DNA from: Candidatus Iainarchaeum sp.
GTDB taxonomy: Archaea > Iainarchaeota > Iainarchaeia > Iainarchaeales > GCA-2688035
DNA: 64,000 bases
Reading direction: 5' to 3'
Assembly: GCA_017610205.1 (NCBI GenBank)
Contig: JAFCCL010000002.1
Location: 64,001-128,000 of the forward strand
The notes under the pieces: generated by a model
What the model was told of the DNA's origin: nothing
The model's input: only the letters and a program-made list of their open reading frames with translations
Database searches by the model: none
Shown: positions 56,604 through 64,000 of the stretch, piece by piece
Position numbering within the stretch: the first letter of the stretch is position 1
How the letters are laid out: the number at the start of each line of letters is the position of its first letter
Program-made: the position numbers and the translations under genes

Positions 56604-58073
56604 ATGCAAAAAACATTTTTCATTAGCACGGCTATAGATTATCCCTCTGGAATTTTTCATCTCGGTCATGCATACGAAAAAATAGTTACTGACACTATTG
56701 CAAGGTGGAAACGATTAGAAGGCTATAAAGTCTATTTTAGTACTGGTACAGATTGTCACGGCTTAAAGATTCAGCGAGCAGCAGAAAAAGCAGGAAAAGA
56801 ACCAAACGTCTTTGTTGAAGAAATTTCTGACTTGTTTAGGGACTTATGCAAAGTCCTCAATATTTCATACGACGACTTTATTATGACAACAGAGAAAAGA
56901 CATGTGAAAGTAGTCAACGAGATACTCAAGAAAATTCATGAAAAAGGCGACATCTACGAAGGAGAATACGAGGGAAACTATTGTGTTGATTGTGAAACAT
57001 TCTACACAGAAAAAGATTTAGTAAATGGAAAATGTCCTACTCACAAAAAAGAAACAGAAAGAGTTAAAGAAAAAAGTTATTTCTTCAAAATGAGCAAGTA
57101 TCAAAAAAAACTTGTTGAAGACCTGAAAAACAATCCAAATTCGCTTTGGCCAGAAAAGAAAAGAAATGAAATTCTGAATAGATTAAAAGAGCCTTTGAAG
57201 GACTTGACCATAACCAGGGAGAAGGTAACGTGGGGAATTCCTCTGCCGTTTGACAAAAACCTTACAGTGGCTGTTTGGGTTGATGCACTAATAGATTATC
57301 TGTCAACCTTGGACTATCCAAACGAAAAATTCAAAAAATTCTGGCCGGCAACACATGTCATAGGCAGTGACATTGTCTGGCATCACGAAGTTATTTGGAA
57401 AACACTGCTTCTTTCATTAGGAATCCCTCTTCCAAATGTAATCGTTCACGGATTCATTAATCTAAAAGGAGAAAAACTAAGCAAAGCAAGGGGTATAACA
57501 GTTGACCCAATAAAATTGGCAGAAAAATATTCAACAGACGCCCTTCGCTATTTCCTTCTTCGTGAAATACCATTTGGACAGGACGGCAACTTTTCAGAAG
57601 CTGCATTAAAGCTGCGTTTGAACAACGAGCTTGCTAACGAACTCGGAAATCTCGTGAACCGTAGTTTAGTTATGATTGAGAAAAAGGCAGGTGGAAAAAT
57701 TCCTGCCTCAAAAACAGATGCTTCACTGCAGAAAAAACTTGACTTGAAGAAAATTGAAAAGAAAATGAATGACTTAGAATTACATCACGCCCTTGCGGAA
57801 ATATTTTCATTTGTTTCAGCCTGCAACCAGTTCATTAACGAAAAAGAACCCTGGAAGCAGAAGGGAAAAGACCTTGAGCAAACACTCTACTCTTTGGCTG
57901 ACAGCATTAGAATAATTTCAATTCTACTGCAACCATTCATTCCTGAAACAAGCAAAAAAATCAACAAGCAGCTTGGAGTAAAGTCAGGTTTGCTAAAGGA
58001 CTGCAAGTTTGATTTGCTAAAAGAGAGAACAAAGGTTAAGAAAGGAGAAATTTTGTTCAAGAAGGTTGAGTAA
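56604..58073 (+). CDS. metG: methionine--tRNA ligase (short form)
   Basis: HLGH (HIGH), GTDCHG, CVDC..CPTH knuckle, WGIP, KLSKA (KMSKS), LRYFLLRE. Confidence 0.96.
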   Translation: MQKTFFISTAIDYPSGIFHLGHAYEKIVTDTIARWKRLEGYKVYFSTGTDCHGLKIQRAAEKAGKEPNVFVEEISDLFRDLCKVLNISYDDFIMTTEKRHVKVVNEILKKIHEKGDIYEGEYEGNYCVDCETFYTEKDLVNGKCPTHKKETERVKEKSYFFKMSKYQKKLVEDLKNNPNSLWPEKKRNEILNRLKEPLKDLTITREKVTWGIPLPFDKNLTVAVWVDALIDYLSTLDYPNEKFKKFWPATHVIGSDIVWHHEVIWKTLLLSLGIPLPNVIVHGFINLKGEKLSKARGITVDPIKLAEKYSTDALRYFLLREIPFGQDGNFSEAALKLRLNNELANELGNLVNRSLVMIEKKAGGKIPASKTDASLQKKLDLKKIEKKMNDLELHHALAEIFSFVSACNQFINEKEPWKQKGKDLEQTLYSLADSIRIISILLQPFIPETSKKINKQLGVKSGLLKDCKFDLLKERTKVKKGEILFKKVE

Positions 58074-58079
58074 TCGAAT

Positions 58080-58505
58080 TTACTTAATCTTTCCCTTCAC
58101 GAGCTCAGCATACTTCTTCAATTCTTCAATTTCCGCTTTTCCCTGCTCCCATGCAAAATTTAATTTGTCATTTTCATGTCTTGGAATTACGTGGAAGTGA
58201 ACGTGTGGAACAACCTGTCCAGCAACCTTGTGATTGCTTTGCAGTATGTTAAAGCCTTGAACTCCTGGCAGTGCAACCATTGTTGCAGCTGCAACCTTTT
58301 GTATGGCTTTGGTTACACTTTTGAGCTCTTTGTGGGGCAGGTCCAAAAGCGTTGCATAATGATTCTTTGGAATAACCAATGCGTGGCCTTTTGAAGCAGG
58401 CATTATGTCAAGAAAGCTAAGCACTTGCTCGTTCTCATACAACTTTGTGCAGGGAATTTCCCCTTTTACGATTTTGCAAAAAATACATTCATCCAAAAAA
58501 ACCAC
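58080..58505 (-). CDS. HIT family protein
   Basis: CIFCKI, GHALVIPK, HVHFHVIPR. Confidence 0.96.
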   Translation of the reverse strand: MVFLDECIFCKIVKGEIPCTKLYENEQVLSFLDIMPASKGHALVIPKNHYATLLDLPHKELKSVTKAIQKVAAATMVALPGVQGFNILQSNHKVAGQVVPHVHFHVIPRHENDKLNFAWEQGKAEIEELKKYAELVKGKIK

Positions 58506-58589
58506 CCTAAAAAAATAGGTTGGATTCTGAATAAAAATAGGTTTGCCAACTGTAATTTTTGAAAAAAAAGAAAAAGGGAGGCGAAACCC

Positions 58590-59336
58590 TTATTGCACTT
58601 GTTTCGCCTGTGTTCCTGCTACTGCTCCGTTAGGGTATGCTTCTGCAAGAAGGCTCCAAATCATTACACCCACTACAAAATAGAAGATAATCATAATGAT
58701 TAGACCTATCCAGATTCCCACTGTCGGAACAAACATGAGCGCGCTTGTTATCAGCCCTACAATGAAGGCAAGGACTATTGAAAGCACTATGGCCACAATG
58801 ATTGCTATAATGAATTTTCCTGTGAAAAAGTTTCGCAGGTTTTCCTTTATTGCAAACGCTTTTCCAAACTGCCTTGTCTTTGCATAGTTCATGATTCCCG
58901 AAATTATCAGAATCATTCCAATTACTGCAAGAATCACTCCAAGCACTATCAAACCTGATGCTGCTGCAAGACCGCCTAAAATTAAGGTAGTAAGCTGTTC
59001 CTGCACCATCTCTGTGCTGCCTGCCATTGCCGCCGCACTTATTGCACCTATGACAATCGGTCCTAGTGCGATGAATAACACAATCATTGCCGGAATCATT
59101 AGCACTATTGAAATTACAATGTACTTAATGCTGTCAACCACGAGTTCTCCAAAGTTTCCAAAACTTGGCAATGTATTGTCATTGTTCATTGTCCTGTTTG
59201 CAACCCTTATAAAGTAACCAGGAATTGTCAAGATGTTGACTATTGGAATTACCATAAGAATTATTCCAATTATTAGGCTCTTAATGTTTCCAAAGGGTTT
59301 TCCAATTGCGGTTCCTATATTCATTTTGCTTTTCAC
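58590..59336 (-). CDS. DUF4013 family membrane protein
   Basis: IPIVN...GY, LP.F...GEL, NYAKT..FGKAF. Confidence 0.8.
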   Translation of the reverse strand: MKSKMNIGTAIGKPFGNIKSLIIGIILMVIPIVNILTIPGYFIRVANRTMNNDNTLPSFGNFGELVVDSIKYIVISIVLMIPAMIVLFIALGPIVIGAISAAAMAGSTEMVQEQLTTLILGGLAAASGLIVLGVILAVIGMILIISGIMNYAKTRQFGKAFAIKENLRNFFTGKFIIAIIVAIVLSIVLAFIVGLITSALMFVPTVGIWIGLIIMIIFYFVVGVMIWSLLAEAYPNGAVAGTQAKQVQ

Positions 59337-59483
59337 CTCCCGAATTTTTTAATAGAAATAGGCTTTTCTCCTATTTAAAGGTTCTTTAGTGCCTTTTTTG
59401 AGCAAAAATTCCATTTTTTTCTTACTCGGCTTTTAAAATCTTTGCCTATATATATTATATATAATATATATAGGTGGTCTTTT

Positions 59484-60026
59484 TTGCCTTCAGAGCTTTT
59501 TGAAACAGTAAAAATTCCTAAAGAACGAATTGGGGTCTTAATTGGCACAAAAGGCAAGATTAAAAGAAAGCTTGAAAAATTGGCAGGAGTTGAACTTGAA
59601 GTGGATAGCGAAACAGGCAGTATAGGAATTCAAAGCAGGGAAAATGCTGGAAATTTTTATGACGCTGTAAACGTTGTAAAAGCAATTGGAAGGGGTTTTT
59701 CTCCGAAAGCATCTTTTGCATTGTTTGACGAAAACACACTTCTGGACATAATAAAAATAAGCGATATTGTTGGCGGAAGCGAAAAAGCAATTCACACCAA
59801 AAAGGCAAGAATTATTGGAACAGAGGGAAGAGCAAGGACAGCCATTGAAAATGCAACAGGTGCAAAAATATCGGTCTTTGGAAAAACAATTGCAATAATT
59901 GGAGATTACAAAGAAGTTGAGCTTGCAAGAAAGGCAGTTGAAATGCTTTTGCAGGGAGCACAGCACAAAAAAGCAATGGAATTTTTAAGAAAAGAAAAAG
60001 AAGGAATTGAAAAATTTACAATCTAA
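59484..60026 (+). CDS. KH-domain pre-rRNA processing protein (Dim2/Krr1-like)
   Basis: RIGVLIGTKG, AIGRGFSP, RIIGTEGR, MLLQGAQH; TTG start after AGGTGG. Confidence 0.93.
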   Translation: MPSELFETVKIPKERIGVLIGTKGKIKRKLEKLAGVELEVDSETGSIGIQSRENAGNFYDAVNVVKAIGRGFSPKASFALFDENTLLDIIKISDIVGGSEKAIHTKKARIIGTEGRARTAIENATGAKISVFGKTIAIIGDYKEVELARKAVEMLLQGAQHKKAMEFLRKEKEGIEKFTI

Positions 60027-60174
60027 ACTGGAAAAAATTGAAATTTAAGGGAAAAGAATTAAAAGTTAAGGGAATTAAAAATTTTACAATTAAGAAAATG
60101 AAAAAAAATTACAAATTTAGCGGAAATGGAAAAAAATTATAATTTAAGAAAATTGGAAAAAATTACGATTTAGG
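60003..60174. repeat. degenerate 21-27-bp tandem repeats resembling the Dim2 3' end
   Basis: About 6-7 units of (aat)tggaaaaaattacaatttaag-like sequence beginning in the last codons of the gene. Confidence 0.6.
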
Positions 60175-60184
60175 TTTTTTTATT

Positions 60185-62050
60185 ATGGCTACTGGAAAAG
60201 GTGTTGAATCAACAATTATTAATGCAGAACACCTTGCAAAAGAATTTAAAGAACACTCTGTTGCAGAATTCTTTAAGAAAAACAAGCAAATGCTTGGACT
60301 CTACGGAAAGGTAAGGACTCTTACAACAGTAATTCATGAATATGTTACAAACTCTCTTGATGCATGTGAAGAGGCAAACATTTTGCCGGAAATTCAGGTT
60401 AAAATTTCAGAAATTGCAACCGAGTATTATGAAGTTGAAGTAAAAGACAACGGACCAGGGCTAACAAAGGAAACTGTTGGAAAAGCACTGGGTCAGCTTC
60501 TTGCAGGCACAAAATTTCACAGAATGATTCAGTCAAGGGGACAGCAGGGAATTGGATCAAGCGGATGTACTATGCTTGCCCAAACCACAACAGGAAAACC
60601 ATGCAGGGTAATTACAGGAACAGGAAAGGGAAAGCCAATAAGCCTTGAACTAAGTATTGACCCAAAGCACAATTTGCCAAAAATAACAAACATGAAAGAA
60701 ATTGACCGAAATTTTAGGGGGCTTGCAGTGCAGGCAAAATTCAAAGGCATGCTATACAGGGATTCAGAACAAGGACCATTGGAGTACTTGAGAAGAACCG
60801 CAATTGCAAACCCGCATGCGGAAATAAAATTTAGAGACCCAACAGGGCAAAAATTTATTTTTAAAAGAAGCGCTTCAAAGGTTCCAAAGCCACCAATTGA
60901 AGTAAAGCCCCACCCCAAAGGAGTAACAGTTGACGAAATTGTCACAATGTCAAAATACAGCGATGCAAGAAAGGTAAGCAGCTTTTTGAGAACAGACTTT
61001 GACAGGATGGGACAAAAAAGCCTTGAAGGAATCACCAAAAGAGTTTCCTTTGACATGAACAAAGACCCAAAGCAATTAAGATGGGACGAAGCAGAAGAAA
61101 TTGTCAAAGCATTTAAGGAAATTGACTTCATTGCACCAAGCTCTGATGCCCTAAGACCAATTGGAGAGGAAAGAATTACAAAAAGTCTTCAAAATATTGT
61201 AGACCCTGAATTCATGCATGTTCTTACAAGAAAACCACAGGTTTACGCAGGAGGATTTCCATTCCAGGTAGAGGTTTCAATAGCATACGGAGGAAAAGCA
61301 GGAAGAACAATTAGTGGCAGTGCTTCAGACGGACCACAGAAAAGACTTGAAATAATGCGGTTTGCAAACAGGTCACCGCTGCTTTTTGACGCAGGAAACT
61401 GTGCAATTACCAAAGCAGTGCACAGCATTGACTGGAAAAGATACGACATAAAAGACATTGACAATGCACCAGTAACAGTTCTTGTAAATTTTATCTCAGT
61501 ATACATTCCATACACAGGAGCAGGAAAACAGGCAATTGCCGACGAAGACGAAGTAATTGAAGAAATAAGACTTGCACTAATGCAGTCAGGAAGAAAAGCA
61601 GGAAGGTATATCTCAGGAAAAAGAAAAGAAGCAGAAAGACTAATGAAACGAGAATTGTTCTACAAATATATTCCTGAAATTGTTTACGCATTAAATGCAA
61701 TTACAAAAACCGACAAAGACACATTGGACAAAAAGCTCAGAAAAATGGTTTTGCTAAAACTAAAACTTGACGACGAAAAAGAAGCAAAAGAAAACGCAGA
61801 AAACGGAAAAGGTGAAGGAATAGAAATAGCAAAAAAAGAAAACGCCCACGCAAAAAGCGTGCCTGAAAAAACAGAACAAAAAACTGAAGAAAAAGCAGAA
61901 AAGGAAAGCAAAAAAAAAGCAGAAAAAGAAACCAAGGAAAAAGCAACGCAGGAAAGTAAAGCAAAGGAAACAAAAGAAGAGCATAAAACCAAGGAAAAAA
62001 CAAAGGGCAAAAAAGCAAAAAGCCAACACGCAGGAAAAAAAGGAAAATGA
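60185..62050 (+). CDS. top6B: DNA topoisomerase VI subunit B
   Basis: EYVTNSLDACE, DNGPG, SRGQQGIG, RFANRSPL; long K/E-rich tail. Confidence 0.97.
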   Translation: MATGKGVESTIINAEHLAKEFKEHSVAEFFKKNKQMLGLYGKVRTLTTVIHEYVTNSLDACEEANILPEIQVKISEIATEYYEVEVKDNGPGLTKETVGKALGQLLAGTKFHRMIQSRGQQGIGSSGCTMLAQTTTGKPCRVITGTGKGKPISLELSIDPKHNLPKITNMKEIDRNFRGLAVQAKFKGMLYRDSEQGPLEYLRRTAIANPHAEIKFRDPTGQKFIFKRSASKVPKPPIEVKPHPKGVTVDEIVTMSKYSDARKVSSFLRTDFDRMGQKSLEGITKRVSFDMNKDPKQLRWDEAEEIVKAFKEIDFIAPSSDALRPIGEERITKSLQNIVDPEFMHVLTRKPQVYAGGFPFQVEVSIAYGGKAGRTISGSASDGPQKRLEIMRFANRSPLLFDAGNCAITKAVHSIDWKRYDIKDIDNAPVTVLVNFISVYIPYTGAGKQAIADEDEVIEEIRLALMQSGRKAGRYISGKRKEAERLMKRELFYKYIPEIVYALNAITKTDKDTLDKKLRKMVLLKLKLDDEKEAKENAENGKGEGIEIAKKENAHAKSVPEKTEQKTEEKAEKESKKKAEKETKEKATQESKAKETKEEHKTKEKTKGKKAKSQHAGKKGK

Positions 62051-62063
62051 AAGAGTGAATTAA

Positions 62064-64000
62064 ATGCCGGAAAAAAAAGCAAAGAAAAAAACAGCCAAGG
62101 TTTCAAGAGAAAAAGAAACACCAAAGCAAATTGTCACAAAAATAGACAACATGGCAAAAGGCATTGTTACAGAAATTAAAAAAGGCACCGACCCAGAATT
62201 TGTCACCCAGCAAAGGGGAAGAAGCAATGTTGAATTTGACGAAAAAAGAGGCATACTGCAATTGGGAGAGAAAAGAACCACAAGAAACTTTTTGAACGTA
62301 GGACATGCAAAAAAATTTATGCAAACAATGCTTGTTTCAGCAAAAGCACATGACTACTTAAAGCACAACAAAACCGCTTCAATCAGAGAAATTTATTACG
62401 AATTAAAACACACTGTTCCAAACACAAAAGAAAACACTTTTGACAACCAAACCGAATCAGACTCATGCATTGTAGACCTTGAACATAGTGTTGACACAAT
62501 CAGAGAGAAGCTAAACCTGCATGCAAACCCAAAAGGAACACTTTACGGTGACGTAGTCTTAAAGGACAAAGTCCACCACAACGACAAATTCAACTGCGGA
62601 AAGCTTGGAAGAGGCGGGTGGAGCATTATGTCAAGGCTTGAACCGGAAGAAATTGAAATTGTTTCATGCAATGCAAAATATATTCTGGTAATAGAAACAG
62701 CAGCAATGTATGAAAGACTTGTAGAGGAAAAATTTCCGCAAAAAAACAAATGCGTCCTTATTGGAACAGGAGGACAGGCAGCAAGAGGAACAAGAAGGCT
62801 TATTCACAGACTGCACAAGGAAAAGAAACTTCCGGTATTAGTGTTCAGCGTTGATGGTGAAGAAACTATTGTACTCGAAGAAGATGGTTTGATTAAAAAT
62901 GTTCAACTAAAAGAGCTAATGAAAAACAAAGAAATTGTAAAAATTGACGGAGTTATTGAAAATGAAAGGGCAGGAATAAACGCAAAATCAATGTGCTTTG
63001 ATAATAAGAAAACAGGCTTTGGGCAAATAAATCAGATAATAAGGCATCCGATTGTTGAAGACCTTTTTGAAGTAAAAACAGATTTGGGTTACAGTGTAAA
63101 AACAACAAAGTCACATAGCCTAATCGTCTATGACTCTAAGAAACACGAGTTTGCGGAAAAAACACCTCTGGAAGTTGATTTGGAAAAAGATTTTGCAGTA
63201 GTAAGTCTTGATGTTCCAAACAACGAAAGCCTGGAAAGAATTGACTTGGGAAGATTTGTATTTAATCATGCAAATGCTAAAGTAAACAAAGAGAGGATAA
63301 CAAACAAGAAAAATAAGCTTTCAATTCCAAGATTCATTGATAAAGAAAACCTGCCGGACTTTTGCAGATTGCTTGGGTATTATGCAGCAGAAGGATACGC
63401 AGAAGAATACAATACCGTTTTCAGCTTCAGCAAAAAAGAAATAGATTACATTAAAGATGTTGCAAATATAACAAAAACATTATTTGAATTAGAAACAAAA
63501 GAATACAACCCACATAGCACAGAAACACAAGTAAAAATCCATAACACCCTGCTTTCAACAATTTTCAAAAACATTGCTTCAACAGGTTCAGGAAACAAAA
63601 AAGTGCCTGACATTGTATTCAATGTTCCGACAAAAGCTAAAAAAGAATTTTTGAAAGGCTATTTTAGGGGAGATGGCAGAGTAGATTTCAAGAAAGAAAA
63701 ATCATCTGTCGAGCTCTGGGCAAAAACAGTAAGCAAAAAACTTGTCTATGACTTGGTTTTGCTTATCTCACAGATTGGTGCAAATGCAACAATCCAATAC
63801 CCGAAAGAAAGCGAGGAAGAGCACGAAGTCGAAATGGAAACTGCTTCAGGAATCCAAAAAACAAAGATTGCTGCAAAGCAAAAACCCTACCTTGTAAGCA
63901 TTGCAAACAAAGAGGCCTTGCTTGAGTTGAAAGATATTGTAGCAGAACTCAGACCGGAAGCGTTGGAACATATAGAAAACAATTATATCAAAACACCAAA
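62064..64000 (+). CDS. top6A: DNA topoisomerase VI subunit A with intein (partial, runs off window end)
   Basis: Manual translation: SIREIYYELKH (catalytic Tyr region), ILVIETAAMYERL, GTGGQAARGTRR, LPVLVF then intein. Confidence 0.95.
   Translation, partial: MPEKKAKKKTAKVSREKETPKQIVTKIDNMAKGIVTEIKKGTDPEFVTQQRGRSNVEFDEKRGILQLGEKRTTRNFLNVGHAKKFMQTMLVSAKAHDYLKHNKTASIREIYYELKHTVPNTKENTFDNQTESDSCIVDLEHSVDTIREKLNLHANPKGTLYGDVVLKDKVHHNDKFNCGKLGRGGWSIMSRLEPEEIEIVSCNAKYILVIETAAMYERLVEEKFPQKNKCVLIGTGGQAARGTRRLIHRLHKEKKLPVLVFSVDGEETIVLEEDGLIKNVQLKELMKNKEIVKIDGVIENERAGINAKSMCFDNKKTGFGQINQIIRHPIVEDLFEVKTDLGYSVKTTKSHSLIVYDSKKHEFAEKTPLEVDLEKDFAVVSLDVPNNESLERIDLGRFVFNHANAKVNKERITNKKNKLSIPRFIDKENLPDFCRLLGYYAAEGYAEEYNTVFSFSKKEIDYIKDVANITKTLFELETKEYNPHSTETQVKIHNTLLSTIFKNIASTGSGNKKVPDIVFNVPTKAKKEFLKGYFRGDGRVDFKKEKSSVELWAKTVSKKLVYDLVLLISQIGANATIQYPKESEEEHEVEMETASGIQKTKIAAKQKPYLVSIANKEALLELKDIVAELRPEALEHIENNYIKTP
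62847..64000 (+). mobile_element. intein with LAGLIDADG homing endonuclease in Top6A (partial)
   Basis: Starts SVDGEETIV; block B TTKSHSL; LLGYYAAEG, FLKGYFRGDG, TVSKKLVYDL. Confidence 0.9.

Noticed and set aside
61780-62050. K/E-rich repeats in the Top6B tail (also Rpl37ae)
   Set aside because: Low-complexity disordered tails without a discrete DNA repeat unit

Overview
AT-rich, gene-dense archaeal chromosome segment. The gene content is archaeal: an exosome/proteasome superoperon (rpl15e, pop5, psmA, SBDS, rrp4/41/42, rpl37ae, rpo12, pcc1, prefoldin beta), plus aIF5A, aIF1A, aIF2-beta, RIO1, Dim2, MCM and topoisomerase VI. The YGW-type class III signal peptide, Cys-rich surface proteins and frequent TTG starts suggest a DPANN lineage, possibly Iainarchaeota/Diapherotrites (inference). 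The main highlight is two highly basic genes (18588-19727 and 50674-51600) with a bacterial sigma-70-like region 2 + region 4 architecture behind extra N-terminal HTHs and a shared TKRRR motif; the second is split by one in-frame stop. This is unexpected because archaea initiate transcription with TBP/TFB. Also notable: a tRNA-Val(GAC) with a BHB intron in the D-loop; a tRNA-Ala(GGC) followed by 95-bp repeats carrying its 3' end and a decayed full copy; LAGLIDADG inteins in MCM and in Top6A; a two-lesion pseudogene paralog of a TIM-barrel gene; and many short decayed duplications at gene ends. No CRISPR array, rRNA, integrase or transposase was seen. All family calls are by motif recognition; no searches were run.
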